NCBI GenBank assembly: GCA_963675495.1
Contig: OY776215.1
Span: 32,001 to 96,000 of the forward strand
Length of the DNA stretch: 64,000 bases
Reading direction: 5' to 3'
Source of the DNA: an uncultured Methanolobus sp.
GTDB taxonomy: Archaea; Halobacteriota; Methanosarcinia; Methanosarcinales; Methanosarcinaceae
Below, in pieces: positions 45,855 to 56,082 of this stretch (its first letter is position 1; each line of letters opens with the position of its first letter). The notes beneath the pieces were generated by a model. That model made no database searches. It was not told the origin of the DNA and worked only from the letters and a program-made list of their open reading frames with translations. The position numbers were made by a program, and so were the translations under genes.

Positions 45855-48038
45855 TCATTCTTTATCCACCAACACGGCATTGGTAATAACAACCTTTGCG
45901 GTGTACTCATCCCGCTCGATGACTTCCATTTCCCGAATCTCTATCTTTTTATTGTACATGGGTCCGTCCGTTACGAAACTTTCGAACTCACCACCTTCTC
46001 CTGCGACATTGAGACCGATCTTTTCGTTGAGCTTGACAAGTTTTTCGATGTCCTTTTTCTCAATATTACGTCCCACCCAGCTCTTGTTCAGGCCGTAGGC
46101 TGCAACACTGCTGAATATGAACTCAAACCCAATGTCTAAAAGCTGGTACATCTCTTTTTCCTGGTCGATATGCCAGAGAGGGGAGAATGCTTTTAGTCCC
46201 AGTTCGTCGCATACTTTTTCTATCCTTTCACGCTGGTAGTTGGAATACAGGGCGCCGGTGATGATTCCTTCTATGCCGAACTCGTTTTTGGCACGAATTA
46301 TGGCATTCTTCATGTCATCGAGTTCCTTCTCTTTTTCGCCTTTTGTTAGTTCTTCAATCAGTGGCATTCCCATGGCTTCTGCCTGCAGGCGTGCAAGATC
46401 AATGTTAGGAGTGTGGAACATGTATGAGTCTTGGTTCTGGCTCTTTATCGTTATAAGGCACTCGATGGAATAGTTCTGCTGCTGCATTACGTGCATGGCA
46501 TAATTGCTGTCTTTACCTGAACTGAAAAGCACGCCGAGTTTAAGGTTTGGCTGGTCATAGAAATGCTTCAGGTATTCGGTCTTTGTTTGGTATCCGCCTT
46601 TCTTTGCAAGTTTGCCTATGGCCTTGTCAAATCGACTTCCATATTGAGCTGCCTGTTTTCTGCGCTGGCTGACCTGAGCGGGAACCCCAATCTCCTCAGC
46701 AAGCAGGCGTAATATTAGCTTGTTCTGCTCATCGTTGATCTTGTACTGCGGTGGTATCTTCAGACAATAGTCTACAAATCTCTTATCAAGATATGGCACA
46801 CGCAACTCAATGTTGTTGTTCATAGAAACAACATCATCGCGGTAGGTGTTTTTCTCGTAGATTTTCAAAACGTCGGCGTAGCAGTCCCGGCTAATGTCTG
46901 TGGAACGTTTGTGGCGGTCGTAGCCTGCAAAGACCTCATCAGCTCCTGACCCGGAGAACATGACCCTGATACCATCCTCCTTAGCAGCCACACATGCTGC
47001 ATACATAGTAAGTGCCACTCCTACTTTTGGTACATTTGTGTCTTCCACAAGAGGAACCACATCTTTCAGGTAGGTTTCCACCTCATCCAGTCCTATGCTT
47101 TTGACCTTCAGGTCAAGTCCAAGCTCTTTAGCCATCATTTGTGAATATTCAACATCAGGCGGAAGTTGTACTTCGGAAAGGCCTGCGGTATAGCAGGTAA
47201 AATCTATTCCCGGTTTTTTCCCCATCATTTTACACATGTACGCAATGATGGTGGAGTCCAGCCCGCCGGAAAAGAGAATACCGAACTTCTCATCAGGCAT
47301 GCGTATGGAAACAGCATTTTCCATAAGCTCTTTCATGTGTTTTTCTACTTCCTCAATGCTACCTTCATGTTGAGGAGTTATGGAAAAGAATTCCCGGTTG
47401 TACTTTTCAATACTATCTTTTCCTATATGGTAGGCAAGAATTTCTCTGGGGTTGAGTTCTTTGATATCTTTAAATCCTGTTCTTGCAAGTGCCTTTTTTT
47501 CAGAGGCGAATGCAAATACTTTAGAGCTGCTATACCAGAGTGGTTTGATACCTACTATATCCCTTGCAAGATACACAGTGTCATCCAGCCAGTAGGCAAG
47601 CGCATAGACGCCTGTAATTTCACGTAGTATCTGGTCGATTACCTGCATGATGCCATTTTGGGAAGCTGCATTATTTCCTGCATCAAAGACCTGCTTCTCG
47701 ATGAGCTTTATCAGCAGATCCGTATCATTATCTGCCTTTAGATCATATTTTTCTGCGAGTTCTTTCCAGTTGTATATCTCGCAGTTCGCAACTATCTTTC
47801 CAGTATATACGATTGGCTGAAGTACAAAATTAACCATTGAGTGCAATCGATGTCCCAAAGCATTCCTCTTTGAAATCTCAGGATCGAACTCAAGAGAAGT
47901 TACATTCTCTGCAAGGTAAAGTTCGCTCTCAGTGGTAATCCCTATACCATCAAGCCCCCGGTTCTTTGTAATTTCAAGGGCTTGTAAGGTATGTTCCATC
48001 GCGTTGTCGTTATTAAAAAAACCTGTAATTGAGCACAT
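45855..48038 (-). CDS. Fusion of asparagine synthetase B-like (Ntn glutaminase + synthetase) and diphthine--ammonia ligase (Dph6)
   Basis: MCSITG, NRG.DG, LGHRL, NCEIYN, RD.VGIKPL, LFSGGLDS, SGSGADE.FAGY, RVPYLD; then LFSSGKDS, SYMFH, GALYSNYQ, PLW, GEGGEFES.V.D.P. Confidence 0.88.
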   Translation of the reverse strand: MCSITGFFNNDNAMEHTLQALEITKNRGLDGIGITTESELYLAENVTSLEFDPEISKRNALGHRLHSMVNFVLQPIVYTGKIVANCEIYNWKELAEKYDLKADNDTDLLIKLIEKQVFDAGNNAASQNGIMQVIDQILREITGVYALAYWLDDTVYLARDIVGIKPLWYSSSKVFAFASEKKALARTGFKDIKELNPREILAYHIGKDSIEKYNREFFSITPQHEGSIEEVEKHMKELMENAVSIRMPDEKFGILFSGGLDSTIIAYMCKMMGKKPGIDFTCYTAGLSEVQLPPDVEYSQMMAKELGLDLKVKSIGLDEVETYLKDVVPLVEDTNVPKVGVALTMYAACVAAKEDGIRVMFSGSGADEVFAGYDRHKRSTDISRDCYADVLKIYEKNTYRDDVVSMNNNIELRVPYLDKRFVDYCLKIPPQYKINDEQNKLILRLLAEEIGVPAQVSQRRKQAAQYGSRFDKAIGKLAKKGGYQTKTEYLKHFYDQPNLKLGVLFSSGKDSNYAMHVMQQQNYSIECLITIKSQNQDSYMFHTPNIDLARLQAEAMGMPLIEELTKGEKEKELDDMKNAIIRAKNEFGIEGIITGALYSNYQRERIEKVCDELGLKAFSPLWHIDQEKEMYQLLDIGFEFIFSSVAAYGLNKSWVGRNIEKKDIEKLVKLNEKIGLNVAGEGGEFESFVTDGPMYNKKIEIREMEVIERDEYTAKVVITNAVLVDKE

Positions 48039-48188
48039 AGTTCCAGTTGATAATAGTATTTTTAGTTCAGAAAAGCGTTCCAGTCTGATAAAGGCTTTGA
48101 GTACTTAGCAATAAATAGCCTCGAAATACAGGCTCTGTAGAAATCCTTATTTTAACAAAAAATAACCTTGAGATAATCATAAGCTTTT

Positions 48189-48215
48189 CCCCTCTCCCCC
48201 AAACCCCCTCACCCC
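48189..48215 (-). other. Canonical G-quadruplex-forming motif
   Basis: Minus strand GGGG-TGA-GGGGG-TTT-GGGGG-AGA-GGGG in an AT-rich intergenic region. Confidence 0.7.
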
Positions 48216-48331
48216 TTTTTTTTTCATTACAGGAGTCCCTATAGTAAACGTATTCTCATCTTCATTTCATTTAATGTAAAACGAGACAAGTAAAAAAAGA
48301 AAAAAAGGATATAAATTTAAAAATGATGTGC

Positions 48332-48718
48332 TCAGGGTTTGCATTCAAGAGCAATACGTTCTTCCGGCTTTAAGGAAACGTAGAATCTTAGTATGTCTTC
48401 CGGATTCATATCTACTCCGAGATTGTATCCATTTGCCCTGCCTGTCCGTAGAAACCTTTCTTCCTTTTCATGCTTTCTGAGCATCAAAGCTTGAACTTCT
48501 TCATCTCTAAGTTTTGACATATCTACTTTCCTAAGAAGACCTATGAGCAAGAAGTTATTTTCAATACGTTCGTAAATGCTTTCTTTATTGTTCTCAACCT
48601 TCTTTTCAGGTTCGAACAGGTAGGCAGTCTCACCATTAGAATCCTTATATGCCAGCGATATTTTTTTGAGTACCAGTTTTCCATTTTCGGATACCAGAAT
48701 AGTGCGCTCAGTCTTCAT
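48332..48718 (-). CDS. Hypothetical protein (128 aa)
   Basis: GAGG RBS, charged globular composition, T-tract terminator downstream. Confidence 0.7.
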   Translation of the reverse strand: MKTERTILVSENGKLVLKKISLAYKDSNGETAYLFEPEKKVENNKESIYERIENNFLLIGLLRKVDMSKLRDEEVQALMLRKHEKEERFLRTGRANGYNLGVDMNPEDILRFYVSLKPEERIALECKP

Positions 48719-48992
48719 TTCATTGCCTCTGTTTGTTTTTTGCAGAATTCAGGTCCACAGATATTTCATGCAAATCATGAGATTGTACTATCATTTTACA
48801 ATCTGTTGTGTTTGTTCTACTATTGCTGTTTTCTCAATTTACTATTTAATTATTTCTACACTTTGATATCGAATGAGCATCATCATTATGAGATATGGTT
48901 TTTTTGATGTCTTCATTTTTACTTTAGGGTATACAAAATATGAAATAGAAAGACCTTCAAAAGGCTTAGTGAAATCACAGGAACTAAATCAT

Positions 48993-49580
48993 ATGTTCAA
49001 TAAATTAAAGAATACTGTCAGAGTATCGATATTGCCCTTTGTAAGGTGGGTACCATTAAGTCCTAATTCACTTACCATTATAGGTCTGCTCATAAGTGTC
49101 TGGGCGGCAGTTACATTTGCTACAGGTGATCTTTTAGGCGGCGCCCTGTTAATACTTCTCAGCGGGTTTTTTGATATGATAGATGGTGCTGTTGCAAGGG
49201 CAAAAGGTTGCATGACAGCTTTTGGTGCAGTGCTTGATTCCGTCTGTGACCGCTATGCTGATGCTATTATTTTTGTAGGTATAATCTATGGAGCTATAGC
49301 AGGCAATATTCTACAGACCACTGTCCTTTCAGTTCCCTTATGGATCTGGGTTGTATTCGCTATAATTGGTTCCTACCTTGTGAGCTATGTACGTTCAAGA
49401 GCGGAAGCTGCAGGTGTTGGGTCCATGAGTATCGGTGTAGCTGAGAGGCCGGAGAGAATGATGATACTTGTGGCAGGCTCTCTGAGTGGTTATCTGGGAG
49501 AGTCTATAGTTATTATTGTAATTCTTACTCACATAACAATGATTCAGCGTCTGTTATATGCAAAAAGGTCACTTGAGTGA
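48993..49580 (+). CDS. CDP-alcohol phosphatidyltransferase (archaetidylinositol-phosphate synthase/PgsA-like)
   Basis: SPNSLT, D.IDGAVAR....T.FGA.LDS.CDRY.D, SYVRSRAE, ERPER; ATG at 48993 preferred. Confidence 0.88.
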   Translation: MFNKLKNTVRVSILPFVRWVPLSPNSLTIIGLLISVWAAVTFATGDLLGGALLILLSGFFDMIDGAVARAKGCMTAFGAVLDSVCDRYADAIIFVGIIYGAIAGNILQTTVLSVPLWIWVVFAIIGSYLVSYVRSRAEAAGVGSMSIGVAERPERMMILVAGSLSGYLGESIVIIVILTHITMIQRLLYAKRSLE

Positions 49581-49686
49581 GAAGATTATATCTGCAATGC
49601 AAAGGTTATAATAGCAGACGTTATTATTTATGCCTGAGTTTATCTTATAATAATATAAATCATCAAATGAGAGATGAGGATTCTAA

Positions 49687-49938
49687 ATGCAATATCAAGC
49701 AGATGTAACCATTGAACTTAAAAGCGGTATGCTTGACCCTGAAGGTACAACCATCGAAAGGGCACTTGAACACCTGGGATATAAGACCGAGAGTGTGAGA
49801 ACAGCAAAAAAATATACTATCGATCTTCAGGCAGAGAATATCCATGCTGCAAGGGAGACTGTCGAGGAAATGTGCCAAAAATTAATCGCAAATCCTATTA
49901 TCCATAATTATGCCATATCAGTGAGGGAATTGCAATGA
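49687..49938 (+). CDS. purS: Phosphoribosylformylglycinamidine synthase subunit PurS
   Basis: LK.GMLDPEG.TI..AL, MC.KLIANP.IH.Y. Confidence 0.95.
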   Translation: MQYQADVTIELKSGMLDPEGTTIERALEHLGYKTESVRTAKKYTIDLQAENIHAARETVEEMCQKLIANPIIHNYAISVRELQ

Positions 49939-50630
49939 GTATAGGTATTGTACAGTTTGGTGGCAGCAATTGTGACCTTGACGTGCTGCATATCCTGAAG
50001 GATGTTCTCGGAGTTGACGCTGAACTTGTATGGTACAAGGAAGAAAATCTGGAACGTTTTGAAGGAATAGTCATCCCGGGAGGTTTCTCATACGGTGATT
50101 ACCTCAGAGCAGGTGCCATTGCTGCACGTACTCCTATTATGAACTCGGTCAAGGCACTTGCAGAATCAGGCAAACCTGTAATAGGTATCTGTAATGGCTT
50201 TCAGGTTCTAACAGAATCCGGACTTCTGGAAGGTGCACTTACAACCAATGCTTATCCAAAGTTCAGATGCGAGCCTACTTTCCTCAGAGTTGAGACAACA
50301 GACTCCCCTTTCACCTCAAAATTCAAGAAAGGAGATGTGGTCAGTATTCCTATTGCTCACATGGAAGGTAATTTCTACGCAGATGAATCCACACTTTCAA
50401 GTCTTGAGGACAACGGTCAGGTGGCCTTCAGGTACGTGGACAAGGATGGCAAGGTGATCGAGGAGGCTAATCCTAACGGTTCACAGGAAAATATCGCAGG
50501 TATTGTGAGTTCAAAAAAGAACGTTCTTGGTATGATGCCACATCCTGAAAGGGCATCCGAGGAAATTCTAGGCTCAAAGGACGGACTAAAAATACTTGAA
50601 TCAATGGTGGAGTTCATCTCCAACAAATGA
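49935..50630 (+). CDS. purQ: Phosphoribosylformylglycinamidine synthase subunit PurQ
   Basis: F.GSNCD, PGGFSYGDYLRAG, GICNGFQ, PIAH.EG, NPNGS, GMMPHPER. Confidence 0.96.
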   Translation: MSIGIVQFGGSNCDLDVLHILKDVLGVDAELVWYKEENLERFEGIVIPGGFSYGDYLRAGAIAARTPIMNSVKALAESGKPVIGICNGFQVLTESGLLEGALTTNAYPKFRCEPTFLRVETTDSPFTSKFKKGDVVSIPIAHMEGNFYADESTLSSLEDNGQVAFRYVDKDGKVIEEANPNGSQENIAGIVSSKKNVLGMMPHPERASEEILGSKDGLKILESMVEFISNK

Positions 50631-50671
50631 TCCTTTTACTGTTCCTTTTTTTCTTCTTTTTTTGTTTCCAT

Positions 50672-51325
50672 CTATTTTTCTTCTTTCATCAAATTCTCTA
50701 CGGTTTTCCAGGAATGTCTAACAAAATCAGGTAGTTCCTCATTTTCTTTGTACCAGTCTGCAAGGAATTTTTTTGTCTTAGGATCTGAAGGATAGCCACT
50801 GCCAAAATCCGCACCGATATCTTTTTTGAGTTCTTCTATCAACTCGTCCCTGCGTACCTTGGCTACGATCGATGCAGCAGAAACAACAGGATATGTGGCA
50901 TCAGCTTTATGTTTTGAGATTATGGACAGAGTCTCAGATCTTTCCGGACAGTTCTTTTTGTACTCTTCAAGAAGTCTTCTCCCAAATCGATCCTCATTTA
51001 CATCAGCTGCATCCACATAGGCTTTTTCAGGATGGAGTTGTCCAAGGACCTTTGAAAAAGCAACGACCATTATGTCATTCATACTCATGAGTTTTCGAAG
51101 CTCGTCTATCTGATTGGCCGATATCTCGAAGACAAATACCTTTTCCGAGTATTTTTCTATCTGCCTGGCAAGCTGGGGTCTCTTTTTTGGACTTATCTTT
51201 TTTGAGTCTGCAACACCAAGATTTTTCAATGTGTTTGTTTTGTCCTCGTCCAGTAGTACTCCTCCAACACACATAGGTCCTATGACCGGTCCTTTCCCTG
51301 CTTCATCTATTCCAGCTATCTTCAT
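50672..51325 (-). CDS. rnhB: Ribonuclease HII
   Basis: GIDEAGKGPVIGPM, DSKK, HKAD..YPVVSAASIVAKV.RD, GSGYPSDP; alternative start at 51370. Confidence 0.95.
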   Translation of the reverse strand: MKIAGIDEAGKGPVIGPMCVGGVLLDEDKTNTLKNLGVADSKKISPKKRPQLARQIEKYSEKVFVFEISANQIDELRKLMSMNDIMVVAFSKVLGQLHPEKAYVDAADVNEDRFGRRLLEEYKKNCPERSETLSIISKHKADATYPVVSAASIVAKVRRDELIEELKKDIGADFGSGYPSDPKTKKFLADWYKENEELPDFVRHSWKTVENLMKEEK

Positions 51326-51391
51326 GATATCTTCCTGAGAGCCACTATCGATATCAATGTCGGTAATCATAAAAAAGTATTTGCCACAGGT

Positions 51392-53575
51392 TCAGATGAA
51401 CAATGTAAATATTGAATATCCTATGGCTATCATAATTGTGGAGTGTTTAAGTCCGGATAATACACTGCCTTCTCCCATTGCACCTGCCATAAGTCCGGAA
51501 CTGAGTCCCTGAAGAATGGATGCATGTTTGAAAAGGCGTGTATAGTAGTCAAGGTCAAAGTTTCCAAGGAATCCTCCTGCATCTGAACCTGACGATGCCA
51601 TTTGTTGTCCTGCTTCTGCCATTTCTGTCAGGAATGTAGTGGAGATGACGTATATGACACCAACAAAGACCATGAACGATATGTAAATAATGACGATATA
51701 GATCATCATGCTCATGGTTCGTTCTCTTTTCATATCCTGTTCAGAAGATGCATCTCTTGCAGCTACTAAAAGTACTTCTCCGATGTCACCACTGGACTCG
51801 TTAGCTTTTGTTATGAGTGAAAGGGATCTTGTGACCACTTGCGTTCTTAAACGGTTTGCAAATCTGACGAGTCCATCATTTATCTCAAGTCCCCAGAAGA
51901 TATCATGCCATATTTTTTTTATTTCCTTGCTCAATGAGTCTGTGTCTGATTTCGCCATGAGCCTGATGGCATCCCTGAGGGTCATACCCGTTTCATTGGT
52001 ACTGGCAAGCTTCTTAAGAAAATCAGGAAAACCATTCTCAAGTTTCTTTTTCCTTCTGGCTTTTATTTCATGGAATATTGAAAGTGGTATTATGACCAGA
52101 AATAGTGCAAAAACCAATTTATCATCAATAAAGTCAACGAGCATTACAGGATCGCGAAGGCTATTCATATTCATTAACAGTGGTACAAGAACAACAAGCA
52201 AAGCAAGTGGTATTGTAACCACGAGTGTTGCCAACGGATTATGAAACATCGGTGCCAACGGATTTTTCAATAGGTTTTTCAACGCCAGTGATTTTTTTGA
52301 CTTGATGAACCCTTCAAAGCAACTTCTTTCACGGACCTTTTCGTCTGTTTCATCAACTAGTTCCTCGTTCTCGTCAAACATTTGTTCAAGATATTTGGGA
52401 ACATTTGGTATTCCATGATCCAGTGTCTCAGTGGTTGGAAGTAGTTTTGGTTCGCCCAATTCTGTGGGTGTGATAATGCTGATCATCACTACAAACATCA
52501 ATGAACCAACAGGAAGAACCGCATAAATGATGGCAGATACCATGGTCGTTGTTCCTGACCCCATAACTGCCATCATAACACCCATGATGATAATAAATAG
52601 AGGACCAGCTACAAACGCAGTAACGTATGATTCTGCCAGAAGTCCAAGTGTTTCAAGGAAGCCTTTCTGGTCAACCTCTGCTTTTATCAGATATTGCTCG
52701 GATTTATCACGGAAGTAATTTGGAATATTACCACCACTGTCGATGACCGTCAGGAGATTGTATATAAGGTCCTGGAATCTGTCAGATGGCGTGATTTCGG
52801 AAGCATTGGAAAGTGCCGTTCTAAGATCATGACCAAAATAATCCATATCTCTGACAATGGAGTCCACTTCTTTTGATACTTCTCCATATGTATCTTCTGA
52901 GCTTGCAATGGCCCTGAAGATATCAATGATATTCATCCCTCCCTTGCTAAGTGCATACATAAATGTAACAGCATAGGGAAGTTGCATGTCTATCTTTCCT
53001 TTTCTTTCACTTGCCTGGAAGCTAGGGAATAGCATGAAAAGGGCATAGACCAGCCCGCTCATTCCTACCATGAAAATGATGGTTATGAAGAAGCCAAGGA
53101 ATATTTCCTTGTATTCAAGAAGTGCGGCCAGTCGGGGGTTGAAAGTAAGGTTTGTTATTTGATCTGGCAGGCCTACCAGTATAATGGCTGTGTATGTAAG
53201 GAAGAGACCAATAATAACACCAGCTATTCCTGCAACAATAGAATAAAAAATGGCATTTGATATATACATCTCATGTGAGATGGGTATACGTGCCTGATTC
53301 AACTGTTTTTGAAGGTTCTGATAATTTGCTTTTCTGGCTTTGATTTTGTCTCCTATCAGTACAAAAGGAATCCTTTTCAATATATTGAAATAAAGAGTTG
53401 CTTTTTTGGTATAATGGTCAATATCAAACTTTCTTTTAAGCTTTTTGGATTTTGTTTTCTGGTTTATGGCAGTCTTTTCATCTTCTGGTTCCTGAAGGCC
53501 TGGAGATTCTACTAGAATGATATCGTCCTGACCATTTTCTATCAGATTCTCAGAAGTTTTTTTAATTGCTGTCAA
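51392..53575 (-). CDS. Type II secretion F-family/PilC-TadC-like membrane platform protein (two T2SF domains)
   Basis: LPYAVTFMYALS.GG, G.DL..AL......PS, FPDFLKKLAS..ETG.TL..A, SGLKH. Confidence 0.9.
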   Translation of the reverse strand: MTAIKKTSENLIENGQDDIILVESPGLQEPEDEKTAINQKTKSKKLKRKFDIDHYTKKATLYFNILKRIPFVLIGDKIKARKANYQNLQKQLNQARIPISHEMYISNAIFYSIVAGIAGVIIGLFLTYTAIILVGLPDQITNLTFNPRLAALLEYKEIFLGFFITIIFMVGMSGLVYALFMLFPSFQASERKGKIDMQLPYAVTFMYALSKGGMNIIDIFRAIASSEDTYGEVSKEVDSIVRDMDYFGHDLRTALSNASEITPSDRFQDLIYNLLTVIDSGGNIPNYFRDKSEQYLIKAEVDQKGFLETLGLLAESYVTAFVAGPLFIIIMGVMMAVMGSGTTTMVSAIIYAVLPVGSLMFVVMISIITPTELGEPKLLPTTETLDHGIPNVPKYLEQMFDENEELVDETDEKVRERSCFEGFIKSKKSLALKNLLKNPLAPMFHNPLATLVVTIPLALLVVLVPLLMNMNSLRDPVMLVDFIDDKLVFALFLVIIPLSIFHEIKARRKKKLENGFPDFLKKLASTNETGMTLRDAIRLMAKSDTDSLSKEIKKIWHDIFWGLEINDGLVRFANRLRTQVVTRSLSLITKANESSGDIGEVLLVAARDASSEQDMKRERTMSMMIYIVIIYISFMVFVGVIYVISTTFLTEMAEAGQQMASSGSDAGGFLGNFDLDYYTRLFKHASILQGLSSGLMAGAMGEGSVLSGLKHSTIMIAIGYSIFTLFI

Positions 53576-53591
53576 ATTATCCCACCAGTAA

Positions 53592-55799
53592 TTATGCCAG
53601 TTTCAATTTCTTCAGTACTTTTTCCGGTGTTGACTGGTAAGCGTTAATTATGTCCGATATTTCCTGGAAGTCAGTAATATTATTATTTACCATGTACTCC
53701 AGAACCAACCGGCGATAGTATAATTCCTGATTAACTTTGTCCTGTCCCCAACCCCGCCTCATTTTTATGTCGAAAAGGGCTTTTGATTCGCCTGTACGGA
53801 TGAACCTGTCGGATTCAGAATCCCAGACAAAGATATCATTTGTCCTGATATTCCTTGTATTCGGATCGATATCAACGATCTCCACCAGCTTGATATTTCT
53901 CCTGACACGTTTACCTTTGGTATATGTCTGGGACTGTATGCTCATAATATCAAGTGCCTGTATCATGGTACGAGGGACACTGATTGGTGGATTTTCCAGC
54001 CTGTGAATTGCAGATGCTACTGAGTCAGCGTGCATGGTTGAGAATGTTGTGTGTCCGGTGGACATTGCCTGGAAAAGAGTGAGAGCTTCCTTACCTCTGA
54101 CTTCGCCCACAAGCAGGAATTCCGGTCTCTGTCGAAGTGCAGCCTTCAGCAGGTCATACATGTCGACAGCCCCTCTTTCATCTGCTGTGAACGAATCTCT
54201 TGTGATACTTGGTATCCAGTTTGGATGGGGCAGTTTGAGTTCTCTTGTATCTTCGAGGGTAATTACCTTGGCTTTTTCAGGAATGAACAATGAAACCGCA
54301 TTAAGTGAGGAAGTCTTTCCTGATGCAGTACCTCCTGCATAGATCAAACTCTTATTGTTCTCAATGCACAACCACAGGTAAGCCATTGATTCTGATGAAA
54401 AAGTACCCCATTTAACAAGATCAACAGGAGTGATAGGTGTGTCACTGAATTTACGGATAGTAAAAGTACTACCATGGGCAGTCACACTTGTTCCAAGTGT
54501 CATCTGTATCCTTGACCCGTCAGGCATGGTTGCATCGATCATCGGTTCTGCAACAGAGATATGTTTCCCGCTTCTCTGTGCCATCTGTATGATGAAAGAG
54601 TTGAGTGCATCTTCTTCATAAACAACATTTGTTGGAATGTTCTGATGTGCCCTGTGGTATAAGAAAATAGGTACGTCATGGCCATTACCTGACACATCTT
54701 CTATGGAATCATCTTTCATCAAGGCATCTATCTTGCCGAATCTGACAAAGTCTCTTTTAATGTAGTACGAGATCTTTTCAAGCATGGGGGGTGTGATCTC
54801 TATAGTGTAATCCTGTATGATCGACCGGATCTTTGATTCAAGAACATTTTCCTTGTTTTGATTATCTTCATCGATATCTTCAACAAGTAGTACATCTCGC
54901 AGTCGGTCCTTTATTTCAAGAAGGAAAATATGTTCGAATTCAGTAAGTTCCGGCTCAACTATATAATAAAGATGATTATTTTTGTCTTCATTGTACAGTA
55001 TAACAATGAAAGCATATGGTTCATTTACCCAATAACGTTCGATTTCCTGATAACTTTCAAGACCTTTGAATTCTGCAATAGGGCCATGTATTTCAGAGTC
55101 ATAAGGCTCTACTTCAATTTCTGTTCTTTTGAAAAGGCTTTTTATTTTACCAACAAAGTTTAGTTTAGCTGCTTTTTCGCCTTGTTCTTCTTCATTGCAC
55201 TCAGCAAGCTCAGGATCAATCTCATCTACTTCTTCTAATGCTTCTTTTAATATTGTATCTGTTTGTGTTTCTTCTTCAAAAGAAATAGATATTTTTGTTT
55301 CTTTTTCTTTAACGATAGGCTCTAAGGGTTTGTCTTCTTCTAATGATATTAGATTGTCTTTTTTTACACTGAAATTTGTATTATTTTGAGGTCTGAAGTT
55401 AGGTGATCTTGGAAGTAATATTCCGATTTCCTCATCTTCTATATCTTCATCCCCTATACCGTCTTCAGTCAAAGAACATTGGTCTTGAAATTTTTTTTCA
55501 GAATCTGGATTGTTTTCTTTTTTATCAAGGATGTGTGCAAAATCCTTTTCGAAATTCTCTTCTGATTCTTTCAAATTTGATATTTTTTTTAGAATATCCA
55601 CAGTATCAATTTCCCCATCGGATGCTTCATTAGAATGCAATTCATCATCCTGTATAGCATCATTTTTATCCCCATTTTCTTTTATCGCAGGATCTTCATT
55701 TTGCGGCATTTTATGATCTGATGTTTCCTCTTGATTGTTAGTTTTATTTCCATTGTCAGAATTGTTTTTTTCAGAAATGTTTAATTGGGCATCAGTCAT
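53592..55799 (-). CDS. Type II/IV secretion (archaeal PilB/FlaI-like) ATPase with long acidic N-terminal extension
   Basis: YWVNEPY, DATMPDGSRIQ, GGTASGKT, LEDTRE, ALRQRPE..LVGEVRG.EA, TGH...STMHA; ATG at 55799 behind GGTGA. Confidence 0.92.
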   Translation of the reverse strand: MTDAQLNISEKNNSDNGNKTNNQEETSDHKMPQNEDPAIKENGDKNDAIQDDELHSNEASDGEIDTVDILKKISNLKESEENFEKDFAHILDKKENNPDSEKKFQDQCSLTEDGIGDEDIEDEEIGILLPRSPNFRPQNNTNFSVKKDNLISLEEDKPLEPIVKEKETKISISFEEETQTDTILKEALEEVDEIDPELAECNEEEQGEKAAKLNFVGKIKSLFKRTEIEVEPYDSEIHGPIAEFKGLESYQEIERYWVNEPYAFIVILYNEDKNNHLYYIVEPELTEFEHIFLLEIKDRLRDVLLVEDIDEDNQNKENVLESKIRSIIQDYTIEITPPMLEKISYYIKRDFVRFGKIDALMKDDSIEDVSGNGHDVPIFLYHRAHQNIPTNVVYEEDALNSFIIQMAQRSGKHISVAEPMIDATMPDGSRIQMTLGTSVTAHGSTFTIRKFSDTPITPVDLVKWGTFSSESMAYLWLCIENNKSLIYAGGTASGKTSSLNAVSLFIPEKAKVITLEDTRELKLPHPNWIPSITRDSFTADERGAVDMYDLLKAALRQRPEFLLVGEVRGKEALTLFQAMSTGHTTFSTMHADSVASAIHRLENPPISVPRTMIQALDIMSIQSQTYTKGKRVRRNIKLVEIVDIDPNTRNIRTNDIFVWDSESDRFIRTGESKALFDIKMRRGWGQDKVNQELYYRRLVLEYMVNNNITDFQEISDIINAYQSTPEKVLKKLKLA

Positions 55800-56082
55800 T
55801 TTTTCACCATTTGATGCATGAATAAGATCATTATGAAATAATAATAAATTCATAATATATCTAATTATTAAATTCATATTATATTTATGATGGCTGTTAA
55901 GGGTATTGACCAGATGCATGTTTTTACTTGTAGCTTAAATCTGGTACGTCTTGTTCTCTTTATTATTTATATTAAGCTACATATATATGTGCATTGATAT
56001 AAACCTAATGTCCGCAAAAAATATTATAAGAACATAATTATATTCATTATTTTAACATGCATGTACAAATCTATTAGATTTC

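Noticed and set aside
55800-55919. Extended N-termini given by the ORF track (55919, 48873, 33921, 29254, 42729)
   Set aside because: Downstream ATGs have RBS or coupling to upstream stops and match family N-termini; the extensions run through AT-rich promoter DNA or overlap the upstream gene
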